The notes under the pieces: model-generated
Told to the model about the DNA's origin: nothing
Database searches by the model: none
What the model saw: the letters and a program-made list of their open reading frames with translations, nothing else
Program-made: the position numbers and the translations under genes
In this document: positions 1-13,251 of the stretch, in pieces
How positions within the stretch are numbered: the first letter of the stretch is position 1
Layout: each line of letters opens with the position of its first letter
Assembly (NCBI GenBank): GCA_964106915.2
Contig: OZ066922.1
Length of the DNA stretch: 64,000 nucleotides
Direction: 5' to 3' (one strand)
Origin: Podarcis gaigeae
Lineage: Eukaryota

Positions 1-485
1 GTGTTTCAGCTGCAGGTGCAACTGCTATTATATCCAGTTTGCTCTTGCCTTCTCAAAAGGTGGTTAGGAACCTATAGAGGCAAGAAGCAGAAGGGTTCTA
101 GGAAGGAGAGAGGTGCCGTTCACAGGAGAAGAGTGAAGGGAAGGAGAAGGAAGGTGCATGTCTGGGGGAGCTGCAGAGGTGATGGACTTGATACTAAGAT
201 TGAAATAGCAAGCTTTAATAGTTGACGGCAAGCTTCTCGTAATGGATATCTGTAAGAAGCTGGTCTAGACAGTTTGGTGGTGCAGAGGCCTGTTTTCACA
301 GCCCATGACATTCAGAAAAGCTGTGCCATATTCTGTCCATAAAAATACATTTAAATAAAGATACTTAGAGATGTGTGTAAGCGGTTGCTGATTTCTTCTG
401 AAGCACCCTGGTCATTATTTTTGCCATTGGATAAAGGATAAGGATCAAAACCCTCCAGTGGAATTAATGGTGTGTTTTTTATTCA

Positions 486-510
486 GCGCGCGCGCGCGCA
501 GGCACACACA
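486..510. repeat. (GC)7 followed by (CA)4 alternating purine-pyrimidine tract
   Basis: GCGCGCGCGCGCGC-AGG-CACACACA. Confidence 0.9.
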
Positions 511-1309
511 TCTCCACCCACCTCACATTTGTAGATGCTTGAAAAGAAGTTAAAAGTTCCGATCCTGCCTGTGGGCTTGCAATCTAATAATAAAGTCAAG
601 TCACATTAATGGAGAGGCTGTAAAAACAGAAGAGGGCCGGTTGGAGCGAGCAGATACGTGTTAAAGAGGCACTTGAAAGCAAAAGAGCGAAAAGAAAAGA
701 AAGATAGCTGTGCGAATGCAAACAGTTTGTTTGCCTGAGCCTATTTTCACCCCACCTTTTCCTCTAATAGATGCTAACAATACAATCATAAACAATTTAA
801 AACGATCAAACAAGGCATTAAAAACCAATTAAAAACTAAAATGCAAACAGAGCGGCAGATAAAAACTAAATGAAGGATTAACCAGATAAATTAAATGCCT
901 ACAAGAACAAACAAGACTTAAGGAAGTGGTGAAAAGCCAGCAGAGAAGACGCCAGGTGTTGTACCGTGACCTGAACCCAGCCTCCTTGCGCATTCCCACC
1001 AGACAGAGCGTAATGGCGGCGCATGCAACATACTGCAAAAACAACATTCCGCATGTGTGTAGTGCGAGGTTTTTCAGAGGCTTCCCTTGTATTATTCGAG
1101 TGATGCTTCAGGAGCCCATTACTATTGTCATCCTTGCTTCATTTGCTGAGCTGAGACGTAGAAAGCAGGTGGCTAGATGGGCCTGCACTGGGTTGGGCCA
1201 GGCTATCCTGGGGGCTCTGTGGTCTGCCCTGCATCTGCTTGCACTCGCCCCTCTCTGCCTTCCTGCTCACATGCAAGGGCCAGCCGTGCAACAGGCTCAT
1301 ATTTCTATC

Positions 1310-1663
1310 GTAAAGGTAAAGGGACCCCTGACCATTAGGTCCAGTCGTGGCTGACTTCTGGGGTTGCGGCGCTCATCTCACTTTATTGGCCAAGGGAGCC
1401 GGCGTACAGCTTCCGGGTCACATGGCCAGCATGACTAAGCTGCTTCTGGCGAACCAGAGCAGCGCACAGAAACGCCGTTTACCTTCCCGCTGGAGCGGTA
1501 CCTATTTATCTACTTGCACTTTGACGTGCTTTCGAACTGCTAGATTGGCAGGAGCAGGGACCGAGCAACGGGAGCTCACCCTGTTGCGGGGATTTGAACT
1601 GCCGACCTTCTGATCGGCAAGCTCTAGGCTCTGTGGTTTAACCCACAGCACCACCTGCGTCCC
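1310..1663 (-). mobile_element. Sauria SINE, full length
   Basis: tRNA-like head GGGACGC..GGTGGYGCTG on minus strand, (ACCTTT)n tail. Confidence 0.9.
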
Positions 1664-1777
1664 TTATATCCTATGTCCCTTATTTATATCCTAGCAAGTA
1701 GCAAACGTCCTGCCTCGGGCTGACTCTGGCTTTATGCCACGGCGGCACCTAACTCCAATTTGTGTACTTTTATATAG

Positions 1778-1872
1778 ACACTCTCCTTATCGACTATCAG
1801 TTCACCTTCAGCCTTTCGCAAGAAGATGATCGTTATTACACGGCAATCAATTTCGTAGCGACGCCTGAAGAG
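1778..1872 (+). CDS. ATRN: Attractin coding exon (first in window): (Y)TLLIDYQFTFSLSQEDDRYYTAINFVATPEE
   Basis: tatatag|AC acceptor, GAG|gttagt donor; 95 nt; peptide matches the vertebrate attractin C-terminal ectodomain as I recall it; frame-compatible with the next exon. Confidence 0.96.
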
Positions 1873-3704
1873 GTTAGTAAATTATCCCAATTGCATTTCA
1901 CGTTGTTTATTAAAATGCCCTGGTTCTCTCTGGCCGACGGTCAGTAGGCTGCATGCAGAGATTGACTCTTCTCTCCCCCCCCGCCCACAACAAGACTGCA
2001 TGCACGCTCCTTTCAGTGCCAGTTCTGTGCTCATTTTGCACTGTGTGAGAGGCTCCTGCAGTTCTGTTCCTAGCGATGGGGAACTCAAGTTGAGATATAT
2101 TGATGACCTCAAGGCATACGTGTAATTAGCCGTGGAGTTCGTTGCTGTAATAAATGACTGGTTTTGAATTTTTTAAAATTTAAATTATTTTTAAAACTTG
2201 CAGTTACACTGAGAGTCAACTTACAGCGACCGTTGTAATTGATAATTAATACTCCTGCGTTTGAAGTCCTGTGGCCTTGGGGCTGACATTTCTAGGCCAA
2301 GGGCTGTATGGCCAGTCCTTGAGGGGACGGTAATATAAGAGTATGTGTCACAGATGTGTAAATGCGGGCATGGTTCTTATTTAAATAAAAAAACACACAC
2401 ACTACTTGAGGAATAGGGGGGTCACAAAAAAACATTTTGGCATAAGCAAGTCAGTTGTTTTTTTGTTTTTGTTTTTACCCCCCCCCCACCAAAACCAACA
2501 TTTTTTTTTCAATGGACAAATTTGGGAAGGGTCCTCCAGTTTTTACAAAAACCTTTTGACACCACAGTATCACAGGAGGGGGCGGGGCACGTGAGAACAG
2601 TTGGTAATTTTAAAAACAAAATAGGTTTTTGAATTTAATTTTGTTTTAATCATGGCAGAATCCAATAATTATTAGGAAGCCACACAACCACACTGATATC
2701 ACAGCATCACTGTAGAGGATCCATAGGAGCAATATACACTTTTAGTTACAAACGGGTATTTGTCTCAATGCTGTGATCCAGATATATCTGTGATTCCTGC
2801 TTTAACCAGTAGGAGGCAGGTGCCTTTTTTGTTTTGTTTTTTAAAAGGGCTAATTGAGAGCTGGTCTAGGAAATGCCTCTTACTTTTTCCTGAAAATAGG
2901 TATTCTCTTAAGAAAAGGCGACACAGCCCTGGTTTCAGGAATCACACTGAAATAATGCATTTTGAGGGCAAAGCCCTGGTACATTTGTGCTATGGCTGTA
3001 CCCTTGCGTCTTTGTAGTTCCAACCCTCTGTGCCTGCTGTTCTTTGCTATTCTGTGTTGACCACTCAGAATGGCCAAGCTCAGTTATTATAGGGAGGGCT
3101 AGTCTGACCGTAGTGTGACTGGAATCTCTTAATTTTATCTTGTCTTTCTAGGAAGTCACAGGTTTAGTCTCTGGCCTGCTGCTGCTTGACTTCATATTTG
3201 GCATTTTTCTTTGCAGACCATGCTGAAGGAAGGTTAATTTACTTAGTAGTGCTTGCTGTGGCTCCTTGGCACATTGTTATGGAAATGACTTTGGGAATTC
3301 CAGAGAACAAGTGTACGCATAACCCAATGTGGGGTTTTCTGCTTGCTTTTTTTAAAGCCTCTTTTTGATTTCTTGTTCTTAATTCTGAATAAAGTGGTAT
3401 TCTGTGCAACTCAGAACCTTCCTGTCTCATGAACACAGGGTAAAATTGTAGGATTTTGGATTCCATGTTCCCACTTCCTGAAATACAAAAAAAATAAAAT
3501 GCAAAAATATTTGGCAAACAGAAACTTAACAAGTGCTGTGTTTTAGTGTGTCACAGATAAGCTTGAATCCTATTGGGCTGTTTTAGGGGGATTTTTGGCA
3601 TGCCTTTGTTCTTGCCCAAGCAGTGCTGACAAAACTTGATGGAAGCTGCTCTCTCTGTGTGTAAGCCATTAATCTGTGCTGCTTTCTTTGTCCCCTGAAA
3701 TCAG

Positions 3705-3783
3705 CAAAACAGAGACCTGGACATGTTTATCAATGCTTCTAAAAACTTCAACCTCAACATCACTTGGTCAACAAGTTTTGCAG
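3705..3783 (+). CDS. ATRN: Attractin coding exon: QNRDLDMFINASKNFNLNITWSTSFA
   Basis: aaatcag|CAA acceptor, CAG|gtgagg donor; 79 nt, phase 0 to 1. Confidence 0.96.
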
Positions 3784-4667
3784 GTGAGGACAATTCTTCC
3801 TGTTTCCAAATGCCCAGTGTCTGAACTAGAAATGTCTGGAAAGCAGTGGTGGCATATTTAAATCAGAGACCAGTGGCCAGATATTTGGCCAGTCCCCCTC
3901 TGACCTGGCTCTTTCATTGGCCTTGAACAGCCCAAACTCCTTCCATTGCCTCTTGGCACTCTCCATCCCTCAACTTCCTGCTCCTTGTTGTTCTGCTTCC
4001 AGTCTTCCTATTTCCTCCTTAGCTAGACAGATTGTCTTTCTCACACAGTTGGTGCACAGTAACTCAGCCGGGGGCAAGAGGCAGCTCTCAGATCAGGCAG
4101 CCAGTTCTGGCTTATAGCCTCTTTATATGCAGATACCCTATGGGTGACTTAGGGATTTAGAAGGCTGCTGTGCCGTGTAATAGTCTGCATATTGAGGCAT
4201 AACTTCACTCCAAAGATAATCTGAGAAACGAAGTAGAACAGTTTATCCGATTTCCAGATCTTGAATGCTTGTGTTGGCAGCCGAAATGTTAATTTTGTAT
4301 GCAACAGTCGTTTGTGTGTTTCTTAATCGCAGTAATGAAACTGAGCTCAGTACTGTCTTGTTGAAACAGAATAATTTTCATTGTTTTATCAACTAGCGCT
4401 GCTGTATAATTTAAGAGCACCCCTTGTAATGTTACCAAGGATTTGCACAAAAAAGTCTATCTTTATTTCATTTCAGTTATATTTTGGCTTTGCCCCAAGG
4501 GCTCCTCTCACCCCAACCCATTAGGCCAACAACCCTTTGAGGTAGATTAGTTTGAGAGGGCTCAAGGCCACCAAGTAAGCCTTGTGTCCAAGTGAGGATT
4601 TGAACCTGAGCCTGAAAATCTTCACTCCCGACAGATGAGAATGTTTCTTTTAAAATACTCCCAACAG

Positions 4668-4825
4668 CTGGCACCCAGGCAGGGGAGGAGATTCCGGTGG
4701 TTTCAAAGAGCCAAATCAAGGAGTACAAGGACAGCTTCTCCAATGAGAAATTTGACTTCCGCAACAATCCCAACATCACTTTCTTTGTCTATGTGAGCAA
4801 CTTCACCTGGCCAATAAAGATACAG
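4668..4825 (+). CDS. ATRN: Attractin coding exon: (A)GTQAGEEIPVVSKSQIKEYKDSFSNEKFDFRNNPNITFFVYVSNFTWPIKIQ
   Basis: ccaacag|CT acceptor, CAG|gtaaga donor; 158 nt, phase 1 to 0. Confidence 0.97.
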
Positions 4826-5349
4826 GTAAGAGACCCTTCCATTCACATAAGCACTAGGGAATGACTGGAATATATGGGAGCTGTTCTGTATACTCTGTTC
4901 TGTTTGTTTGTGTTGATGTCCGATACTGCAACAAATGTTCATGTCCTGTACTGTATGTATTTGTATGCCAGAAGCCATTGCCTATTGCCGTTATCACTCT
5001 TTGGCTGTGATCTAACTCACTTTGCAGCCTCAGTGCAATTCAGATTGTGTCGGTTGTTGCTTATGAGATCTCCTGGGTGGCTAAATGCAGTAGGTTTTAT
5101 GGGGCCACAACATTTTTATTGTCTTTCAACTTGAGATCATTCAGACGGTGCTGGTGGAAGGTCTCCATCTTGAGAAGCAGTCTGTTAGTGCAAACCCCAT
5201 TTTTAAAAACTTGGACCAGAGTACTTGTATAATGGAATGAACCCTTCCTTCTGCTGTGTGTGCTTTCATCTCCCTTCCCTACCTGGGTTTCCTCCCCTGT
5301 GGGGGACTTCTGCAGAACTTCATGCCCGCTGGTGGGCTTCTCTCTCTAT

Positions 5350-5735
5350 CTTCTTCTCCTTTGGCGATCACTCATAGCTGAGTAAGATTGTCTTCCATGA
5401 ACACCGTCTTAACAGTAGGTCTTTAAGTGACTGTGGAGGTCAATTCTGGATCCACACGTCCTTCCACAGTGGGGACATAGGTTTCCAGGCAGGAGTTGAT
5501 CACGGTGAGGGTTTGCCAAGCGTGCCTTCCTCTTAGCGCATTTCTCCCTTTTGTCCTGAGTTCGAGCATCTTCAAAGCCCATGATACCTTTAGTGTCCAA
5601 TTGGAGTGCTTGGAGGCCCGTGCTTCCCAGTTGTCAGGGTTTATACCACATTTTTTGAGATTCGCCTTGAGAGAGTCTTTAAACTTCTTTCGTTGACCAG
5701 CAGCATTACGCTTTCCATTGTTAAGTTCGGAATGC
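5350..5735 (-). mobile_element. RTE-clade LINE 3' fragment (non-BovB)
   Basis: SELNNGKRNAAGQRKKFKDSLK..W and a terminal zinc finger CPHCGRTCGSRIDLHSH in shifted frames. Confidence 0.8.
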
Positions 5736-8392
5736 CGTTTTGAGACCATGCATGGCGAAAAGCAGTCTGTAAATGCGGCAAACAGAGTAAGAAATATTAT
5801 AAACAGCAACAAATGGATGCAAATGAATTGGATGTGAAGTTGAAAGGTACACGAAGGACTTAATTAGTGACATGGACGGTGGCTCTGTGACCTTAATCAG
5901 TTGGCAGCAGGCGAGCAGGAACTGTGTATCGCTATCCTTGCTAATTAAATCAGTAAGCAAGCCTGGCCAAGAGTTATTTATTCTGAGTGATATCACACTT
6001 CCCACTAGCCTTTTTTGTGCAGCCTTCCTTGTTGGTATTGCCAGTCTCCCTGCCAGTGCCCTCCTTTGGCAAGAGCTGGGTGTTGAAAGATGGGTCAAAT
6101 CCCTGCCCATCAACCCTTTAGGAACTTGGCCTGCCATGTGTTTGAATCCGAACACAGCCGGAGGAACTGTACAGCCAACTCTGCATGTCTGGTCTTGGTC
6201 TCTCTCCCTCTGCCCCAAGTTTAGAAGTGGGGTGGAATGTAAAAAATCAAGCCAACTTGTATTATTGAGGGGGCGTTGCAGTTCAACAAGTGGCAGAAAT
6301 GCCACGTGGGCAATGCCAGACCCTGATGTACATAAAGAAAGGTGTATGTGTGCATTGACTTGGAGAGAGTGAAAAATGTGCATTCCCCGCCCCCAAGGAC
6401 TCATTGGCAATAATGATAGCCTTTTCCCTCTAAAGCTAATAGCCGAGGCAGGAGATTATTATTTTTTTACTAGCGTTCAGACTGGGGAGAAAAGGGTCCC
6501 AATGGAAATTAGGGACCCTCACACCCATTATTAAACTTAAAAAACAAACGAGAAAACCCTGATATGCTTCCAAGTGGCGCATTTAGTGCTGCATGTAGTT
6601 TGGCCCACAGTGGAGAACTGAAATAGGATGAAATTACATGTTCAGTGTAATTCCTTTTGTTTTGCTGTTTACCCATTCTTAGTCACTTTCCTTTTCTCTG
6701 ATTTTAACCTGAAGCCAGTATTTGTATTCTTAATTTGGGCAGCTTAATTAATGTGCTGGCACATTTCCCCTCCTTTGTTAACTGACGTTTAAGTTTTTGT
6801 CCTGTTGTGGTGTGTGCCAGATATAAGGCTTTTTAAATCTCTGGGAACAGTCGCCCATTGCAAGAATCCATCGTAGATGTTGGTCCTTTGATCGCTCGCC
6901 CTTGTTTGTCCTGGAGTTCCTGTTTCAAGACTTCCTTGTCCTCCTAGCTCTCCTTTCCCCTCTGCCTGGTTTTCTTTAGGAAGCTGCAAGCATATAAATG
7001 CTCTTTTGTACGACTGATAGTTGTGCATTTGCCAGTGCTGAGCTCCCACCCTTAAAATATTGCTCCACCTCTCTTCAAAACCACCAGTTGGTTTTAAAAG
7101 TATATTGGTGTAGAATGTCCCTCCCTCCCACCCTCCCTCCTTCCCAGCTTCCTTCATTTAAGCAATCTCTTCTATAAAAAGCTCTCTAGAATTCACAGTT
7201 AGCAAAATGTAGATCACCGTTCTTTAAAAACTTGAAGTTAGTGTCTGTTTACTGAATCGGTTTGGTTTAAGCCACTTTGGCTTTTGACAGCCACATTGTC
7301 AAGTCTGCTTAAGTTTGTCAGCTTCCTTTGGGGAAGACGGGTAAGTTTTTGTTGGATACAGTTTGCCGTCTGCGCTGCAAATGGTTGGTGTTTGTTATAA
7401 AAAAAGGGGGTTCATTTCCGATTTAGAAAATTAATCAAGTCTGCAATCGGTTTGTCTTATTTATGGTTTCAGTTTTAATTTAGTTTATTTGGCACGTGCC
7501 GTGCGGAATGAGCCTTTCTAGAAATAGAATTGGCAAATTCGTCTTCCGCATGCTGTATTACCACTGTAGGTGTCGATCATCAGCAAAGTAATATATGAGA
7601 ATGGCAGTTTCATGTTTCAGATCCCCATCCTTCCCCCGCCTGTTGGTTTGCACAGTGGTGAGAGTTGTTACAGGGTGTCGGGATCTCAGAGGGTTAAGCT
7701 TGGTGGTTTTTAGAAGCAAAGAAGTTGAGTTGTAGAAACCAGCAGTGGAATTTTACAGATGGCTCTCAGTTCAAACAAGCAAAGTAAAGCGCCCCCCCCC
7801 CTTTCTACCTTGGCTCATTTTTCCGCTATATCTGACAAGTTAGTAATGGGAAACACTTCAAATCTCCTTTGATTGTGTTGTGTCAGCAGTTTTACTCGCC
7901 AGTGTTAAAGTTCTCCTCCCCGTGTGTGCTAGCGGTTCTGTAGTTTGGTTTGACGTAGTGGCACAAACATCGGAGTCCAAACGGAGCTCATTTGAAAGCT
8001 CTGTCAATTGGTGACTGAATGAGAAAGCCTTAGAAGTGGGATGGGCACTCATACTTGACGGTGGTATGTTCTGACCTTACACCCGCAGTGAGGATTGTAA
8101 GGTCAGTGGTACTTCTGTTTCCTTGGCAGTGCTACAAGCTGAGTCTCGTGCACAATAATCACTGTTTGAGGGTGCAGGTATTATTAACCATTTTGTTTTA
8201 CTGATTTGGGTTGCTGTTGCCCTTGAGGTTCCTTCTAGAGAACCTGGAGGGGTTTGAACAATACCAGACCCTCCAAGTTTCCCTATTTTCCAGGAACATC
8301 CCTGATTTTCCTATTTTCCAGGAACATCCCTGATTTAGAGAAGCTGTCCTGGTTTCTGATTTGATCCCAGAATGTCCCACTTTTCCTTAGGG

Positions 8393-8607
8393 CAGGGGTG
8401 CCCAAACTTTTTTCAAAGAGGGCCGGATTTGATGAAGTGAACATGCGTGAGGGCCGACCAAAGTTGTTGAGCTTTTTCCACAATTTTGCCCCAAAGTTGC
8501 TGAGATTTTCTTAGAATTTTACCCCAGGACATATACTGCCATGGGGGCTGGATTAAATCGACTGGCAGGCCGGATTAGGCCCCCAAAACGGACTTTGAAC
8601 ATGCCTG
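8393..8607. mobile_element. hAT (Charlie-like) MITE nested in another repeat (~8263-8720)
   Basis: CAGGGGTGCCCAAA...GAACATGCCTG; imperfect 8-bp TSD CCTTAGGG / CTTTAGGA. Confidence 0.7.
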
Positions 8608-9023
8608 CTTTAGGATGTCTCTATTTTCACTGGAAAAATGTTGGAGGGTATGGAGTTATCCAACCCCCGAGCCGTCTGAAGTGAATCCTGTATAGGGAAG
8701 TTATTGTTCTTAATATTTAAAGTACAAGCTCCATCGTGAAATGCAAATCTCCTGTGCCACTTCCTGGCTTCAGTTGGTAGTGGGAATTGAGTAATTTCGT
8801 ACTGGGGGTGTGTGCTATTGTCCCTGCAATCAAAATGTTCAGGGAGGCATTGAGATGCAGAATTAAATGAAGGAAGCATCCGAAAGAGGAGCTGTTATAG
8901 TGATTAATGACTTCAACTACCCTTACATAGAATGGCTACATATGTCTTCCAGGTGAAATTTCCAGAGGTGAAATTTCTAGATTTCCCGGAGCCAATCAGA
9001 GGGACAGTGACCCTGGACTTATA

Positions 9024-9274
9024 CAGTCATGCGGTGGAAGCCGAACGGAATTCGTTCCAGAAGTCTGTTCGACTTCCAAAACGTTTGAAAACCTAATCGC
9101 AGCTTCTGATTGGCTGCAGGAAGCTCCTGCAGCCAATCAGAAGCTGCGGAAGCCCTGTTGGACGTTCGTGTTCCAAAAGAACGTTCACAAACCGGAACAA
9201 TCACTTCCAGATTTTGGGCGTTTGGGAGCCAAAACGTCCGAGTTCCAAGACGTCCGACAACAAAGGTATGACTG
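9024..9274. mobile_element. Tc1/mariner (Tigger-like) MITE
   Basis: TA|CAGTCAT...ATGACTG|TA; internal AGCCAATCAGAAGC inverted repeat; sits in a CR1 endonuclease remnant. Confidence 0.8.
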
Positions 9275-10096
9275 TACTTGAGTGGCATCCAGGACTTGGT
9301 GTGTGTTGTAAGTGGTGTCAAACATTTGGGTTGAGAAACAGTGTCGGTCAGAGCAAATGATTTCTCCACCCCTCCCTACTTGCACTGAGCTTGTCAGATT
9401 GGTTTTGCTTTTTAGAAAATAATAATAATGCAGTGTCACTTTAAAGCTGCAGGGTGAAATTAAGCGAATTTTTATTCAGAGTAATCCTGTTGAATTTAAT
9501 TGACCCAACTGAGTCATGTTCATTAATTTCAGTGGGTCTACTCTGAGTAGGCCTAGTGTTAAATCCCAACCACACTGGTTTTTTTGGACCAAGGCCAGGC
9601 AAGTCCAAAAAAACAACTTGAAATTTAGGGCATACCAAATTGAAACATGTGAAAACCTCTCCTGGTCCACCCCACAATTTGGGGAGTACACAGTCAATGC
9701 ATACCTGAAGTTCATTTTGTTAAAAGACTTTCCTGGATGTGAATCAGTGAATTATTTTTAAGAAGAGAAGAGGACATAAAGAGTTCAGAGATACAAATTA
9801 GGAAATGTGAATTTTAATATGGAAATAAATCTCAGAAGAGATGCATCTAGCCTGTTCAGAGCCAAAAATTATTATAAGAATGTGAGTGATCAATAAACAC
9901 TATATAAGCTTTTATGATTGGCTTTATCTGCCTGATAAATAACGGTTCAGTTAATTGTTTAATCTTCCTTATAAATTGTTATTTGGGAAAACGTTGCTTT
10001 TGTATTGATCTGTTTTCTCTGTCCTGTGATAGCTGCCAACACTATGTGTGTGTGTGTGTGGGGGGGGAGCAGGGGTTAGATATCTTCTGGAAATGG

Positions 10097-10510
10097 TAAG
10101 GTGCAATGATCAAGGTCTGGAAACCAGGCCTTATGAGGAACGGTTGCAGGAGCTGAGTATGTTTAGCCTGGAAAAGAGGAGACTGAGTCAGGATACCATT
10201 TTAAGAGCTGTCACATGGAAGACAGAGCAAGCTTGTTTTCTCTTGCTCTGGAGAGTAGGCCTTGAACGAATGTCTTCAAGTTACATGAAAGGAGATTCTT
10301 AGTAAACCACAGGAAGAGCTTTCTGAAGGTAAAAACTGTTTGACAGCGGAAAAGACTCACTCAGAAGGTGGTAGACTCTCCTTCCTTGGGGGTTTTTAAG
10401 CAGAGGTTGTTTGGCCATCTGTCATGGATGCTTTAATTGAGATTCTTGCATTCCAAGGAGTTGAACTAGATGATCCTCAGGGTCCCTTCTGATTCTACGA
10501 TTCTATTATT
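10097..10510 (+). mobile_element. CR1 LINE 3' fragment
   Basis: GLETRPYEERLQELSMFSLEKRRL motif; ATTCTA-type tail. Confidence 0.85.
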
Positions 10511-11325
10511 TTATTATTATTTATTGAATTTATATACTGCCCTATACCTGGAGGTCTCAGGGGGGTTCATACCCCTGATGCACTTTATATGTTTCTATAA
10601 CACTCTCCTCTGCTTCCTGAAAATTGCCTAATGTGTCCTGTAACATTCCCTGCAAAAGCCCCTGTACCAAAAGTGCAAAATCTCAGATTTGGCTGTGAAA
10701 CAGCAGCAGCAAATCCGAAGTATTACAATAGTAAGATGATGCAACTATAGAACAGGAGCCTCCCTGTAACAAAGTGCTCATCCGAGCAAGCAGCGAAGAA
10801 CCATCGATCAAAAAGACAGTGGAAATCAATCAAGGAACCTGTCAGAATATAAATGTCTTCACTTACTACTGACAGCTAGAAAGTGACCCAGATGAGCAGG
10901 GACCTCGGTTGGGAATTCTGGAGTTGCAGTGCCACCTCGGGAAAAGGGCCCCTGCATGTGCTCCACGCGTTTCGGCCCCCCAGGCAATATCCAGGCTAGA
11001 ACAAGATCTTAGCAGCTCCTTTATAGACTGAGAATAATATGTGACCTTGCAGCAGCTGGATCGGTGCCGCATAACAGCCCTGGGATGCTTCCATGTGCAA
11101 CTTGTTCTCCTGCCCTTTAGGATAAGGAAAACAGCGAATAGGCTGGTTCCTTCTGTACAGAGAAAATCCTCCCAGATGAATATAAGCTAATAGCTTGAAT
11201 GAAGCAGCGCTGGGAGGGAGGAGCAGCTTCCTTCATTGAATGGAAACTTTCCCCCCTCCTTGAGCCCAAGGGAAGGCAAGGGTGGGAGCATGCTTGAAGC
11301 TCCTGGTGATCTTGCAAAACCTCGG

Positions 11326-11864
11326 TGTCAGATGTCAGTGCTGGTTGCTTGCGAGTAACCAGGCAGGACTCTGACCTGTCTTTACCTGGTTTTATTTGGG
11401 TGCAAAGCTATTTACAGTGCAGAACCATCAGTTCATGTCTGCCTCAGTCACTAGCAGAATCCGGGAGTGGTCGTTTCCAGGTCCTTCCCCAGCATAAGAG
11501 CTTAGTCACCCCCAGCCTTTTCCTTCCTTCTTTGTGTTTTACACCTCTGCGCAAGGTGGGCGACGGAAGAGGCATGCTTCCCTCCTGGCTGGCTTGGCAA
11601 GGAGCGGTGCCAAGGCTCCCAGTAGCATCCTCTAGCCCTTTCCCCTCCTTTACCTGGGAGGTGTGGCTTTCCCCACCCTCAGACTGACGAGGTGCGGCAC
11701 TGGGGCTCCCAGCATCATCCTCTGGTCCCGCCCCCTCTTCCCCACTGGAGGTGTGGCTTTCCCCACCGCAGGAAGAGGAACTGCTTCTCAAGATTTTCAG
11801 AGGTTCCCTGTATCCCAACTGCCCCTCTGCCTCCCTTCCCTGTTCCGATGGCAGTCCCCTGACA
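11326..11864 (-). mobile_element. Probable solo LTR
   Basis: TGTCAG...CTGACA termini, 5-bp TSD CTCGG / CTTGG (one CpG-type mismatch), AATAAA on minus strand near 11391-11396, internal duplicated GGAGGTGTGGCTTTCCCCACC. Confidence 0.6.
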
Positions 11865-12189
11865 CTTGGCCTTATCTACCCTGTTCCTGATGTCATGTAT
11901 GAAATCAGATGTAGGGTTGGTGGTTGTGGCTACCCCAAAATGGCCTGGCCGGCCAGGTTTGGCCCTTGAGCTGGAGGTTCCCTACCGTTGGTCTCCACTG
12001 AGTGGAACTTGGTGTCCTTCTGCCCTTCAACGCAAGTTTCCTACTGCCACCGTTCTTCCCCCAGCTCATTCCCGCACAGAATCAATTGAAGCATTTGTTA
12101 CATCTATGCGACAAACTCTCAAGAAGTTCAGCACAAACATTTTGTAGCCTGATTGCAACGATGGAAAATCTACCGCAATCTATTTTTAG

Positions 12190-12545
12190 GAGTAGAGTTA
12201 GGTAGCAAATTGCTGGATGCAGTAAATGAGGATGAAACGGAACAATGGGATGCAGGGTGGGGAGGGGAGAGAAGGCGAAAAAGTTGTTAGCCTGTACCTT
12301 GATATGTGAAACGGCATCCATAGTGATCCAATAATATGTGCTTGTGTGACAGCCCAAGAAAAGAGCTGTCTCTCTCGTTCAGAAACAATTGAAGCGTTGG
12401 GGAATGTGCTCACGGCAGAATACTTAAAAGAAGCGGCAAAGGTAAAGCTGCAATGCACCGGACCAAAATTCAGATGTCAAGTGCACAGCTTGGTCACCGA
12501 CAACGCTGCCAGTGCAGCGAAAACGAGAAGCAGCCAGGGAAGGAA
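12190..12545 (+). pseudogene. Decayed hAT-superfamily transposase fragment
   Basis: Translation gives KLLDAV..., LDM*NGIHSDPIICACVT...ETIEALGNVLTAEYL...SLVTDNAA, resembling the D(G)W and VTDNAAN motifs of hAT/DUF659 transposases; contains a stop. Confidence 0.6.
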
Positions 12546-12880
12546 AAGAACAAAAGTCTTGAACGTGCATCTTTCAGAGACTCAAATACGCGTGTAAAAA
12601 GAGTTCTGCTGGATGAGAGTACATATCTTGCCCAGCGCATCACCTGTAGAGATCATGCATTGGAGGTTCCCTTCCTGTCCTTTCCATGCAGACCCTCGAA
12701 ATTCTGCTTTTGAGAGTCCTCCAACGCATTATCAGACCATGACATAATCTTTCTGGTAAAACAGGCCGTGCATTTCCTTTATATTTGTTAAGGCTGTCTT
12801 TGAATTTGGGCTGTTTCAAGGTGAAACGCCCTTCCATCTGTCCCCATTTAACCATTGGGATATACCTTATGCCTCGCTGG

Positions 12881-13251
12881 GTAAACGGTAGAGGGGACCC
12901 ATGACAGTTAAGTCAGTCCAGTTGCGGACGACTCTGGGGTTGCAGCGCTCATCTTGCTTTACTGGCCAAGGGAGCTGGCGTTTGTCCACAGACAGTTTTT
13001 CTGGGTCATGTGGCCAGCATGACTAAGCCGCTTCTGGCGAAACCAGAGCAGCACACGGAAACGCCATTTACCTTCCCGCCAGAGCAGTACCTATTTATCT
13101 ACTTTCACTTTGACATGCTTTCGAACTGCTAGGTTGTCAGGAGCAGGGACTGAACAACGGGAACTCACCCCATCGCAGGGATTCGAACTGCCAACCTTTC
13201 AATTGGCAAACCCTAGGCACAGTGGTTTAGACCACAGTGCCACCCGCATCC
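12881..13251 (-). mobile_element. Sauria SINE, full length
   Basis: Same head, body and tail; flanking repeat CCTCRCTGGGT. Confidence 0.9.

Noticed and set aside
4813-4818. AATAAA as a poly(A) signal
   Set aside because: It lies within the coding exon (codons P-I-K), so it is explained by protein coding.
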